This document shows positions 38,901 through 53,900 of a stretch of DNA of 64,000 nt, piece by piece; positions within the stretch are counted from its first letter, which is position 1, and each line of letters begins with the position of its first letter. Location: assembly GCA_903813345.2 (NCBI GenBank), contig CAIIXF020000001.1, forward strand, positions 17,298,001 to 17,362,000, written 5' to 3'. Under the pieces are notes generated by a model. The model saw nothing but the letters and a program-made list of their open reading frames with translations. It was not told the DNA's origin and did not search any database. This stretch comes from Owenia fusiformis (Eukaryota). The position numbers and the translations under genes were made by a program.

Positions 38901-41900
38901 TTATTTATTTATTTAGGAGCAAAGGTTAACTATTAAGTCTCCCACACACACAAGTCTTCAAATTCAAGGATATTTTCAAGCCTAAATCTTGAACGAAACA
39001 TAAGTTACAGTGAGTTATAGAAGCTATAGTATATGTATCCCTATATAAGGGGTGTTTTAAGAGGTAAATCAATAATTTCTGCTTAAATTTTTTATTATTA
39101 TTTATTTTAAGTGAACTACAGTCATCTATATTGGTCTAAAATGAAAGAAAAGTATTAATACTATGCATGGGTATAAGGTGTGGAAAGTAAATTAAAAAGT
39201 ATAGATGATGGTTTATCTGAAAGTAATACAAATCCAAATTATATGGAAATACGTTTTATTTTTTTTCTCAAAAAGTTATAAAGCTATGAACATAGGGTTA
39301 CTGCAGTCTCTCAACATCATAATTGTACATATTCAGGAATATTTTTAAGCCCAAATCCTGAATAACACAAAAGTTACGGAAGTTAACTTAAGTATCCCCT
39401 TTAAAATAGGGGGCGTTTTAAGGGGTTAATCAACTATTTCTCCATAAATTATGATTTTAACACATTGAAAAAATTTTTAATGCATAATTTAATGTACCAT
39501 TGATCAATTTAAGCTATCTGAGATGTCTTTATGTTTCAATTATGAAAATAATAATTAGTTTTAAGTTTGGGGGTGAATTGTAGGGGGCGCCACCTATAGG
39601 ACCATTTTTCACATTCGTTGCCGGGGCTAGGACAGAGAACCCAAGCTCAAAATAAACCCAAAACCTTGCTCTACATGAATCCAGTGAGAAACTTAGGGGA
39701 CAAACTTATTTTTTTAAATTTGCTCAGCTGCTGACCTAATATAGAAATGACGTTCATCTTTTATTCTTTTAATAAACTTGACTTTTTACGTATCCTGAAT
39801 AAACAACCATTGCGTATTAATTACACAATTGAGACTTTAAGCTATGCATATGAAATCGGTACGTCGACCTGTACGCACAAGTTGCACTATACAAATGCAT
39901 GTAGGTTTCTCACATACATTACTGTATTTATTCATTGGTTTTGCGTCCACGGTTCCGTTGTGAAAAATATCGCTAACTTAACCTCTCGATTATTTCCGAC
40001 CCAAAATGTAAGTAAACCCATTTGATGTGCATTATAGGGAATTTACGTACAAAGTAATCTACACAGTGACTGTAGAACAAGAGGTGGTCAATCCAACATT
40101 TATTGTCGCCATTACTGAAGAAAAATTGGTGGAGATTTTATCGAGTGTCAAAGTGTCATCTAAACTTGACATAACGTATGCCGAAACCATTACAACAAAG
40201 GAAATAGTTGATGCTAGCACTATTGTTGAAGGGAGCACTGTCTTTATTTCAAAGCAAGAAATTGCAGTAGAGAAGTATGCAGCATTCGAAACAATCCTGA
40301 AAAAATCTATATCAGAGCAATTAATCGGTAGGATACATGCAAACATTTCTTTTGTTTACCGTTTAACGGAAGTGAAAATAGTATTACATGTGCACAAGCT
40401 TAGTCGGCACTGTCTGCAATAATGGTATTTTGTGTTCACTCTGTCAAATGTCTATTAATAACTCGGGATTATGACTTCTGATTCAGGATTTCAATTGAAC
40501 CTATACTATTTCAAGTGATAATATAATGTTAAATGTTTAATTGAATTATATTTCAACCGTTGTAATTACAATATATATGTTTGATGTTAAACACTCTTTT
40601 GTTACCCATCCCAGCGTATCCAGACATGTCCTTTACTTTTATTGGGAAGGAAGAAGTTGTTCATAAGACTACTGGGTAAGTTGTCAACCTACCAAGCTTT
40701 TTAATTGATAGAGCCGATTTAAGGGTATATAGTTGAAATAATGGTCGCAGTTTTACAGTTCATTATGCTTTGCTCGCGGTAATCCTGGTCGTGACTTTAT
40801 TGCAAACATACCAAGAAATCCGATCATGCTTTGATTTAAACTTTATAGCCAGTATGTTTTAAAAGTGGATGTTCAAGTTTACTTCAATAAGTTCCATATT
40901 TGGTCAGATAGGTCATGGTATTTTCGAGATTTTAAATAAGATCGCAAGGAAGCAGAGATCATTGGTAGAGGTTCCTTACAAATCCTTTGCAACTTCTACT
41001 TTAAATTTTAACAAATAAACTTAAATGCATAATACAGAAACCTAAATTCCTTAATACTGAACATATATATTACACGATAAACATTTACACATTTCAGGAA
41101 GACATTTTGGAAGATTTATACAAGTTCCGCAGTGGACAATCAGATTATAGATGGAAGAACAATTGCAGACCTTAACCTTAATGGTACAAAAGTGAGACAA
41201 AAGCTAAATGATGCTCGGATATCCAGTCCCGACGGCTCAGTGTACGAGATTGTTGTAAGGCCGCAATACGATACTTATATTGAAACAAGAAGTGTTTTCT
41301 CCAGTGTTCTCAACATTGCTGTCACTATTGAGGATAAGACTGAATTTGAGGCCGTTTTGAAAGAATACTGGATGACAAAGCTTACTTCAGGTAAATCATG
41401 TCACAATTCAGTTAAACTGCCAGAAACGGCATATCGATTATATCTATCATTATTGTTTATCACAATTTGGCGACAATTACTGATGTGTAGATATGCAAGA
41501 TTCTATTTGCAGATTTTATATTATTTTTATGTTAGGTTCTGTTTGCAGATTGTGCATTTTTGTTATGTTAGATTCAGTTTGCAGACTTTACATTTGTAGT
41601 TATGCAAGATTCTGTTGACAGCTTATCTCATGTAAAATTCCGTTTGTAGATTATATATTATATTTCAGTAATATCTAGTACTTTGGCTGTCTCAATAGTG
41701 AGGTCACAGGAGGTCATCACCGAGGAAGGGTAAGTTTAAGCCAACATTTACTCTAAAGCAATTAAGAAGAGAAAAGGAGGTTCACACAAATGACATTTTG
41801 ACACATTTTAATGGTATTAAGATCGCTCCATTGCGACTATTGTATTCAGGTATATACTTTTTGTGGAAACAAGCTTAAAATGATAATATTTTGTACGACC

Positions 41901-44900
41901 TTAGGAATGTCGCCTGGAGTATAGACTACACTCTTACCGATGATACCCAGTTACTTGAGTCTGTTAGGTTCACCTTTGTTGATACTACAACACTCACTGT
42001 TAAATTAGAAGCAACCTTCGGAGAGAAATATAAGGTCCTGGATATTGACAAAGCTACAGTAGTGAAGTATGAGACATGTTCCTCTGTCTACACGTCTGTT
42101 GTCGTATCAGAGAAGGATGTCGTGGACTTCCAGGATTCAATTAAGTTCGTTCTTCTGGAGGAGAATCAAGGTATTGTTAGTGCTTGTAAAATCTATGATT
42201 TGAATAAGCTTAAATTCCCTTCCCGATGTTCATATAGAGGAGAATTGTACGTTGCACTCGATATCATTTTATCAATCTATAAATATTGAAAATGGCATTT
42301 AATTTTGACTTGTGATGTTTTGATATTTGCAGTTCTGAAAACGAAAATTGTGAAAGTGAAGATCTTACTACAGGAGGAGGTGATAGTAGCAGGGTGAGCT
42401 TCTTTACTATATTATATTTTGTATGTGTATGTTATTCCCTTTTCATTAAACTATAGCGCAAAAATAAAGCATGTGTACATCCATAGTTTAGTACTTAATA
42501 ATGTGTGTTATAGTTTATACCTGAACTGCCGCAGAATAAGGACAAGTAGATTATGAAATAAAATTGTCACACCCTTACATGTAATTAATTTAAGTGAAAA
42601 TCATTTTAGTAAAATTGTGAACAAGATATCATACAGCGTGACAGTGAATAAAGTTGTCAAATCGTCATCCGTGCTGATCTCCGTCGACACTGACAAGCTC
42701 ACCAAGGAGATAAAAAGCATAGAGGGTCCCAAAGGCGTATACGAACTCATTGTGGTCAGTAAAACGGACAAAGTTGTACGATACACACAGACGATGTCCT
42801 TGATTTCCGAATTAAAGGTTGCAGAGGAAGATTTTCAGTCATTTGCCTTTAATCTGACCGAATCTTGGAACGAACAACTTGTTTGTAAGTGCATTCCATT
42901 TATTATAGGTTTTTAAGTATAGTTTGTTATAAGAGTAATCAATAATTGAAATTCAATAAATTAAAAATAACAACTTATGGAGTATAGGCAGTATTTGTAT
43001 TTGCCAAGTTCTATTATTTAGTTGTTTTTGTTCAGTATATTATGCCAGATACGTTATCTTGTTACCCTTCATACAAAATAAAGTAATTGTATTGTGTACA
43101 TGTATAATAATTTGTGCTTATTCTTTCAGCTAAATCTATTTCTCTCAGAGTCATTATTTCGGTTGTTTATCAAGAGGAAGTTGTTGTTGATGGGTAAGAA
43201 AACAATTGGTGTATTATTACAATTTATTAGTGTATGAACCTCAAAAGGCAAATTTAAATACACTTAAAATCAGTTAATAGATTAGTAAAACAAAACTGTA
43301 ATATTTATAGGATATCCTATGATTTTGAGGAATATCATTTTTATCTACGAGGTGATTGATATCTGCACGAGAGAGCGAAGCGAACGAGTGCATATATCAA
43401 TATCACCGAGTAGATTAAAATGATATTCTGAAAAAATCATAGGATGTTCTTATTATCCTACACTTACAAGGAGTGTACTAAATGCATAATATCATTGCAA
43501 AATGAATTCCATGCCAAATAGAGTCAATTTGGCGGGAAATCAACAAGCGGAGTATATCGTCACAATATCCTCCGCATATTGGTGTTTCCGGAGTATATCG
43601 TCACGATATCCTCCGCCCGGAGTATATCGTTACGATATCCTCCGGATATTCATTTTGCCAATAAATATCAAATTTATTTTTTAATGTTATTATATATTTA
43701 GTACACTAAGTGTAGGATAATTTATCATAACCTTGTAGAAAATTTGCCTTCAAGCTGTGTTACACAGTATCATCTGGTGACGATGACAATGATATCATCA
43801 CTCCCATCGTGTTACCATCCCTGTCTGTATCAGTGTTCAAACTGGCTATCATTGCTCAGAATGGTGTGTCCTACACACTGATAGATGTGACTAGTAAAAC
43901 TGTGGTCAGGACCAAGCAAACATATGGAATATACATGAAGACCACTGTACTTACAACTGATGTTACTGCTGTAGAGATTGCCATGGTTGAACTTGTATCT
44001 ACGACAGTGCGTAAGTACATCAATGCAATACGCCTTAGTGGCAGAAGCACATTTCCAAAGAACAAGTCATTGTTTTGGATATAATGGGTTAGTGTTTGGC
44101 TAGTTGTGTTCTTCGATGTTCTAGTCACTGTTTTGTAATAATCTTATCTTTAACACTTTGACTCTTTTGACAGCTTTGGTGTTTGGGAAAATGTTTGAAC
44201 AATATGTTTTTCGTACTTTTTCAGTTATTTCTAGAAGCAAGCTTGAGGTTAAATACATTGCAACTCAAGAATATGTGCAGGTTTCAGGGTAAGCTTTTTA
44301 GTTAAATCTAAAGTCACATAATACTGAGTAAAATAACATTAGAACATTCGATGCATAATCATTCAAGTTGTGTGCATTTAAGATGTTTTATTTGTCCCAT
44401 ATTTGTTACAACGGAAATATTATAGTGATATGTAATTTCGTCAGATGTTTATTTCATTTTACAGAGAGACTGTATACAAGGTCCTGTTCTCAATAAAGAC
44501 ACTGAGCACCATTGTGAATCTTAACAACTATAAAGCTATCAGTGAGGAAGACCTAAAATTCACACTGAATATCGATATAACTTCTAGAGGGATTAAGTAT
44601 TCTGATCTTCTGGTTGAGTCAACCTCAATATCAAAGCTTACACGGAAAACTGGACTGTTTAGTTTTGTTTGCACCGAGCTCATAGATGTGGACTCATTGG
44701 AAAGGTTCAATACTGTCATTGTTGAATCTTATTTTGAATCCTATTCAGGTAGGATGTATAACCATCCATAACACTACATTAAATCAATGATTCTAAATAA
44801 TGATACAAGATATATTTAGAATGCATATGATTTATGACAGTTCTATGTTAAAGAAACAAAACAAAATATCTAAAAATACGTGATCTCAATAACTAATCTT

Positions 44901-47900
44901 GTTCACCTAAAGAAGTGAATGTATCTATCGTACATTTATCTATCGTATTTATTTATAGCTATAGTAACAACAGTTGTGATTGGGGACATTAAAGCAACGA
45001 TAACTGGGCAAGAGCGTGTCTATGTTAATGGGTACGTTATAACATTATAATTCAGAAATATTTCAAGCTATTTCAAATGTAATTTATAGTATAATAACTG
45101 AATAATTTGAATTAATTCTCTCTTCCAGGAATATATATTACAATGTGCTCTTCAAGATTTCGGTTTCTCAAGTGACATTGGATTCTCGTACATCTATTCG
45201 AATTAACCAGCAGAGTCTGAAGGTGAAGATTGAAACTGCAAACATCACTTCACTTAATGAACTAAAATACGTGGCTGTTATTGTAGACGAAACAACTATT
45301 CTGAGAGAATCAAATGCTTTCTCGATTATTCTAAAGGATAGAGTAATTGATACAGACTTAGTTGAAATGGAAATTCAGTTGCAGAAATATTACAAGGAAA
45401 CTCTTGGTTAGTCTACAATCCAAGACATTTTCAAACTTTATTTTCTTTTCAAAATGAGGAAAGACTGGTGCGTTAGATATAAACATGGAGTAGATGTCTC
45501 TAGTTTCAATTTCTCAAGCTAATTTTAGTATTATGTGTTGGTAGTCTTATGACTGAGCAGTTTTCTTCTATCACATGTTTAGGTGTAGACTTGGTTTATA
45601 TTAAACAATCTCGTTTCAGGTTTGACCATAGATATCAAAATATCTCAGCAAATAGAAGTTGTTACAGAAACAGGGTAAGTTCATGAACAGCAAATGAAGT
45701 ATCCATATAATTATTATGTCACCACCAAAAGTGGTGACATATTGTTATGGTCTCCGTTTTTTTGCGACGGCGGTTGGTGGTTGGCGTCCGGCGGTTGGTG
45801 GTTGGCGTCCGGCGTCTGTAACAATTTCTTACAACTTCCTATAACTTAACAAATACTGTTTAGATTGACTTCAATTTTTTTCTAAATCATCTACATGTTC
45901 TCAGAAGTTCAAATCTGACTTTAGATTTGACATTTGACCTTCAATGACCTTCTCAAGGTCAAAAAGGTCTTTTTTCAACTTGCTTCAAATTTACTTAATT
46001 TTTTTTCAAAATCATCTACATGTTCTCAGAAGTTCAAATCTGACTTTAGATTTGACATTTGACCTTTTTAAGGTCAAAAAGGTCTTTTTTCAACTTGCTT
46101 CAAATTTACTTAATTTTTTTTTCAAAATCATCTACATGTTCTCAGAAGTTCAAATCTGACTTTACATTTGACATTTGACCTTCAATGACCTTCTCAATGT
46201 CAAAAAAAGTCAAAGAGGTATTTTTTCAACTTGCTTTAAATTGACCAAATTGTTTTAGGTGGTGATATTTTGTCATGTTAATGCCTTGTATATTAATCCA
46301 AGTATCTGGACTGTTGTATTTGCCAGATGAACGTATATCATGGCTGTGGCGAGTATAAGTTATATACCCCCACCCTTGGCCAAAAATCGTCAAATTCAAT
46401 TTTCACAATTTCGAGCACTTCTCAAGTTGTCTTGGACCAAAGTTGTAAAATGTCAACCCCCTGGAGTTTTTAGAAAAGTGACCCCCAAAAGCTGGCTACA
46501 GGCCTAATGTGCATGGTCTTAATGTGCTTCATTTAAACCCAATGATTTATTATATGCCTATTACAGAGAGACGAGATGGAAACTTGTGTACAGTGTTAAA
46601 AAAGATACAATAATCATGTCATCCATCTACTATACAGAGGTGAACATTAACACATTTAACATACAACTGATGGCCGTGTCATTTACCAGTAAACGTAGTT
46701 ACACTTGTATCAGCAAGTTAGATGTAGTTACAGTGTCACGAGACAGTCTCCTCAGTTTCGGAGTCAATGTCGAGGTTGCTATGGAAGACATTGCAAAGTT
46801 TGAGACCCTCGTGAAAACCTCACTTTTGAAACAATCGTGTAAGTACAAATTAACTAGTTTCAATTCATGGACTTCAGTTTTGTTTATTCATTGACCACAA
46901 TAATTATATTTCCATTGCGTTTTTATATACTTATTTAAAAAAATATAAATTATTCTTTCTGAAATAGCATCATGTTAATTCAAGAAATTGTTGCAAGTGT
47001 GGCCTTATTTCTTAACATATATAACGTAGTGACTTTAGTTTTGATTGATCTACTTTCAGCGTTTAAGAGCTTGAGAGTGACAATCCTGAAGGAGGAGATT
47101 GTAGTATCTGTTTCTAGACGTACACGGATGCTCACTTGTCTTTTTACTGCTCGATCTTCTAGTGCTATCATCAGATCAACCCAGTTGCGAAAGCTTCGAA
47201 TATCACAAGTTGAACTGGATACTGTATTTCAGACTAGAAAATACAAAATACTCGAAATTGAAAAAACCTCCATAAAATTTGAGCAGAAATTCAGTCTTTC
47301 GTTTGAATCTAAGATTCTAGAGACTGATTTTGATCTGTTCCAAACGAAAATACAATCTTTCTGGAGGTCATATAGAAGTGGTAAGATACCTTTTGTATTG
47401 GTTATTTGGTCTTTAAATGATTAGCATGATATACGAAATCGCAAATGCTTAATTAATACAATGTAGTTGTTGGACGAATAAATTTGAACTAGCACCTATG
47501 CAATGGATCAATAAATCATTACAATCTTGGTTATGCAAAGTATATTTCTCTTTGATATTGCAGTATACTCCAATGTCAGATGTGTGGTATTTGGCCAGGA
47601 AAAACGGATAACACTTGGAGGGTGAGTTGTATGCCTTCGAAAATCGCATAATATTATACGTTAAATGACAAATGCATTTGTAACTACCGATTTGCTTTAT
47701 TTGATTATGTCTATGAAATGGTTTTCATTTCAAGTGTAGGTTAAAATGAAGAATAAAAAAGAAACGAAAGAAAAGCTTTGTGTCACCCTTCGTGGATTTA
47801 TTTTGAAGGATTGTATACTTGTATCTTGTTAGTTTAGGTACATTTTTATTTTCTCAGGAAAGTTCGATGGGAGTTGATATATTTCTTGGACGTCGGTGGT

Positions 47901-50900
47901 GTTTATCTGAATCCCCGCGCTATCAATATCCCTGATGTCTCTGTGTTCAAGTCCAGTCTTAAAGTCACATCGGCAACAACATCCAAGACGTATGTTGTTG
48001 CATCAAACGAGGTAGCAGTTCAAGTTAACAAGCTAGTGTCGTTTGTTTTGTCAACTAAGATCCAGACGAAAGACATTGCCAAGATCCTAGCTGCATACAA
48101 GGAGCTCCTTATCAAAGAATCCTCAAGTAAGTATCCGTAGGTACAGAAAAGTTGCTATGTGTAGCAAACTAAAGTTAGGATCAGGCCAGACACTGTTCAA
48201 TAACCTTATACAGTTGGGAAAAATCTTGAAAACGCCAAAAATGTATCATACAGACAAGGCCAGTGAGTCATATACCCTGTCTATACTATTAGCCTTAGTG
48301 CTGTAGGATTAACCTAGATTAAGGATGTTCCCTGGACGAATTTTAAGTCTCCCGCCAAGGAGGATTGGCTCCCAGAGTGCACCACCGATATTCTGTCCCA
48401 TATATGGGTATGTCGTAATACAAAATTCGAATTCAAACAGCCGCCATTTTGTTCACTTCAACATTTAAATCGTGAATTTTGGTCTTATTTCCAAACGAAA
48501 AATTCCAAAACTCACAAGAAATGATCGAGATATTGGTTCGAATCTTTTGAACTGTTTATTTTGAATTTATAGTCGGTTTTAATTTCAGAAAATAACGACA
48601 TTTCGACGTTTTCATTGTTGGAAAATATCGAGTTTCGATCCTGGGAGCCAATCCTCCTTGGTCTCCCGCGCAGTTTCTGCGCAACGTAACTAGGTCGCAA
48701 TTACGACTTCCTATTTTACTTTTTTTTTATATTTCTAGTTCTAACTGCTGACAGTTTCGATGTGGAGTTTGTCTGTCAACAAGAGATTGTTAAGGGCACT
48801 GGGTAAGTTGACCAAGCTAAACAACTGCCGATTCTTTCAGAATATTCACATATGTTTTTTTATAGAATCCAACTAGAAATGCATGTAGCTTAATTGTTTG
48901 TGCTCTCTGTGTAATAGATTTATTTGGATCCCAATAAACGATATATAATATCAATACATGTATTTTACTTTCAATGTTTATAGTAAAAACAGAATCATTG
49001 TATGGAGAACCCTGATGAATAAATACTTTTACTTGCAGAGAAAGGGCATATAAGATCTTTCTAAAGATCATAAATAAACGTGGTCTTACTATAAACCCCG
49101 TGACTGTATCTGAAATAACGTTTGCGTCACTACTTACCAAGTTGAAGACTATTGAAATAACGGACAGTACTGAAACATATGGTGCATCTCTGATAACTGT
49201 GGAAGAAGAAAAGGAGTTCCTGAGTGTTGATAATATATTCAGTCTCAAGATTAATCAGAAGATAAGCATCGACGACACTGAAAATATAACAATTGCAATA
49301 AAGGAATCTTTGGTGAAACAATTTGAATGTAAGTTTAATGATTATGAAATGGATAAGTGCTTGAAAGGTAAAAGCAAATTGTAGGTTCTTATTCAAGACT
49401 AACGTTACAGAGACCAGCTTATCCCAGAATCCATTGCGACACATACCTACTTAAAAATCCGTTAAAATGTTATAGAATTTGTTTTCCTATTTTCAGCAAA
49501 ATGGACAGGAAAGCAGGTTGATGTGAAAATTATCAAAGTCGAAGAAGTGGTTGATGGGTTCGGGTGAGTATATGTAAAATCATTTAAATCTATATCACTG
49601 TACCATGTGGTACCATTCCATATATATTGATTGCCCTTGCATTTTTCAGACAAGTCAGCTATAAGGTGGATTACTCTATAAGTGTTGATGGTAAACTTCA
49701 AGTAACAAATGAGATAGAATCTATAGATATCTCCATAATTACAACAACCATTGCTACAAAGGATATACGTGGACCAAATGGGGACCTGCTCGTCGTGTCG
49801 AAGATAGACGTTGATGCAACAAAGACAGTGAAAAAGATTGAAAACTCATTTTCGTTTTTCACAAGCTCAAAAATGTCTTTTGTTGATATTAATGTCATGG
49901 AGATAGAGCTTAAGAAGCATTACGAGAATATTCATGAAGGTAAAATGGTTCACCTTATGCAGTTTATGGCATCTCGATAATCCCAAAGGATATCATGATA
50001 AGCAAAATACACTTTGACCCACGTTTCAGTAGAATCTTTGCAACACAAACTTAAGTGAGTCATTTGTCCATTAGAAACTATTTTATATACTGTAGAATGA
50101 AATAATTGTGACAGAATTTGTGAATTCTTGTTTACATAAATCTTATTATCATTGTATTAATACTTACTTCCAACTCTAGAGCATATACCCAATGTTGATA
50201 TCATTCATGTTTTGCACGTCAGCATAATCTTTTTTGTAGGTTCCAAGATCAAGGTAGAAATCAGTCACCAAGAAACAGTCATTGATGAATTTGGGTGAGT
50301 ATGTTAGCTATGATATATTGAAGTGATATCAAATCGTCATGGACATTACTTGACACCGAACAAGAATGGAAATAATTTTTATAATAATAGTTCTGTGTTA
50401 TGATGCCCCTTTATTAAACATGGTATTTTCACTACATTACAGGAAATCTGTGAACAAGATATTTTACTTTGTGACAAAAGATGATGTGATTATCGACGCA
50501 TCCATAGATGTTAACATAGCAACATCTGTAATAACGAATATTATTAAATCTACCACCTTTCCAAGTGGAACCACCTACATCGTACAAGAAGTCAATATAT
50601 CAAAATTGATCACAAAATCAGAGATATTCTCTCTTGTGATATCTGGTAAAATCACAACAGAAATGGAACTGGAAGTGAAGAACGTGATCATTCGGTCAAT
50701 TATCGAGGCAAATCCAGGTAAGACCACCATACATTGACCGACATAATCATCAGCCTCAAATTTATGAGTTAAATGTGTGTTCCAACACACTCAAAACCAA
50801 AATATAAAACCTGTGTATCCTCTATTGAGTATACTTAACCGGTTCCTTTATAATTTGATCGTGCCGTTAATATACACTCCTTATAGTGACACAAAGCAGT

Positions 50901-53900
50901 TTATACTTTCAATAACACCATTTAATCTCAAATAAATTGTATATTTATATTGTGACTTATTTTTAGAGTTACTTGGGAAAAACAATGAGATCACCATCGA
51001 TTTTATCTCTCAGACTGATGTACAGATTGGACGGTATGCATAAATATCAACAATTTTAGCATTTTTATATATAATTATTTACACCGCATATTTACTATCT
51101 TGTAACAGTTTAAACATCAATGTATTACTTATGCCTTAGAATTGTACTGTTCTGTATCAAATCAGAGATGTATTGAATGACGTCAAATGTATTACAGGGA
51201 AATTGGCAACAAGCTTAGCTTCACATGGTCTCTAAGTGGAACCAGAGTTGACATATCATCCTACAAAGCCATCAGTACATCCTTCTTCCGTCAGCTTCTC
51301 TCTACTACTGATTCCATTAACATAGTAGGGATTGACGTAAAAATATCCGATGTTGTAGATTTGTCCATGCGTTATCAGTTATTTATTAAACAAAAAATTG
51401 ACATTTCTCACCATAGTAAATTCATCAAGGGTTTCACTGATACTTGGAAGGAATACATCAAAACTCAATCAGGTAAGGTCATCCATTTTATATAGGAAAA
51501 TGACATTACTAAGTATATGTATTAATAAGTAAGTACTGTATTATGTTTTCATCAAACCACGTGTAATAGACGGCGGAATTTTGATGATAAAATGTAAAGC
51601 ATCATGCATATGGATGTGTAAGATATTGGCACAAATTACTCACTGTATAACTCATATCATTTGATGTATATTTATTTCAGTAATTGCAAATACCATCTCC
51701 TCTATCAACATAGATGTTTATTTCACTGAGAACCCGTTCTTCAATATAGATGGGTATGTATAACATGGTATTTAGAATCCACCCGAGAGGAACTCATTTT
51801 ACACGAATAGTAATGTTTTAGGGGGAGGGGTATATGAAACCTAATAAGTCCAGCTGGATCATTTTGCAATATTTAGGTAATCGTACGCATTGATGCATGT
51901 CTTGACATAGTTGTACATGTTACGACTCAATAATAAGCATCCGCCTAATTTAATTTGTATTTTCAGAGAAACATGTTGGGAAGTATACTTCTTTGTCTAT
52001 ATTGACGATAAGCTATATGAACCTGGCGTATTGACTGGTCCAGCACTGATCCAGTACCGCAAGTTCATCACATTTGACTCTGTGAGCGCCACGAGGTATC
52101 AGATTATGTCAAGTAAGAGGTTCATCCAGGCCAGCAGAACCCTTAAGTTCTATCTCTCTGTGGATGTTAATGTAGCCGATTATACTTCAATTGCACGAGC
52201 CTTGGAAATACTCTTCAGCCAAGAGTGGGGTTTGGGTAAGTCGAGTCGATTTGTTTGAGTTTTTGTATATAGCTTTGATGTTAATAAACTGCATTGTAAT
52301 TTGTAACCCTATTTGTTTGAGTGGTGTTTTGCGCATTTTCACTCGCAATTGATAGGAAAGAAACCTCATAATATAAGATATTGATACGTTTAAAAGATGC
52401 AAGCTGCATTTGATCATATACCAAAGTTTAAATTGGTTATATGAGACTGGTATTTTATATGCAATGTATTTCCAGATTTGGCACTGTTAAAGGTCAACAT
52501 AGTCCGTAAGAAGATGTACACCAGTAAACATGTAGGGTGAGATAATATTCATTTAAATATCAGTGTTTTTCTCGACATACACAACCTTGGTTGATTTAAA
52601 GCACTTCTGTGTCAACATTCGTATACTAGATTATGTTACATCATTAAGTTGATTGTGCTATTGTTGTGCTATTGTTGTGTTATTGTGATATAATGTTACA
52701 TTAGCCGATGGATGGCTGGTAGCATAACGAAATCGGAAATAATACAATAAAAGTCGAGTTACAATCTTCAATTCAAATAGGTTTTATGTTAATATTCAGT
52801 TCTATTGGTGGAGCAACCTATCAATGATTACGTAACGTAACTAATTATTCTGTTTATATTATATTCAAATTGTTTCATTTTAGACCTCTAATCTCAGAAC
52901 TGTCATTCTATGTGGACTGGGATACACGTGGAACAATAGACCCTGCATTATATACCTCAATCTCCTGGCAGAGAATCAAAGCAACATTGATGTCCCAGAC
53001 GTATGGACAATACGTACTAGATGATACAAATCTGAAAGAACTAATCCCAATTGAGGGCTACTACACCATTTATCTAACAGAGGAGATCCAAGTGGGATTG
53101 TATAAAACATTGTCCCTTGCACTTGTGGATGCATTCATTGAGGGAGGCTATGGTGGGAGCAGTGTATATAGAGGTATACGATACAGTAGAAATGTGTACA
53201 ATCTATAGAATTCAACCTAAAATAATGACTCAAGGATGATACTTGAAAAGATGTTTTATTTTACCAGTCGAAAACTACAATTTTACTGCTGCTGAGTATT
53301 TTCATTTTTTGTGGACTCCATTTGATCTTAATTGTTAATGATTATTGTACCACCACAATTGTAAACGTTTTAATGGTACAGTTATCAATGTTTTAGCATC
53401 TTTCAAGGTCATTCTTGATACGGATAGTGAGCACTTCTTGGGGTTCATCACATATCCAAAGTCTAATAATATTTGCAACATTGAATGTTTTTGGCTCATT
53501 ATTGGAATATGTTTTCTCTGTTTCAGCACAAGATATATCAATAGAGATATCGAAACAAGATGAAATGATACCATTTTTAAGGTAAGTAGCTTCCGTTGGT
53601 AGTTTAGCTACAGCCCCTTGTGACCCCCCTTCACTACAACATTTTGTTAGTGAAGTAGATAAGAGGGTGGGGGGGGTCAGGGGGTTACATAACATGGTAT
53701 TTATTGAAAACGACTTTCCCATTTTGAATCACAAAGTTAACCAAACGCCTGGATGTTACACGTTATACCGGTTTTTGTGCAATGGTTCGACTGTACGGTA
53801 TTACGATATATTATTATATGAAAGTGAACAAGCTCAATTCATCAAGAGAGATGAGTGTTTCAAGAGAGTGAGTTTTATTTGACTGTATTTCTATTTTATC

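Larger units (their letters stand above)
33989..39738. mobile_element. Non-autonomous Academ-like DNA transposon, ~700-bp TIRs
   Basis: TAGGTCAGCAGCTGAGCAAATTT... (33989-~34703) is mirrored at ~38935-39738 (...CAGCTGCTGACCTA); ATA flanks both ends. TAG...CTA termini with a 3-4-bp TSD are characteristic of Academ. Confidence 0.8.
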
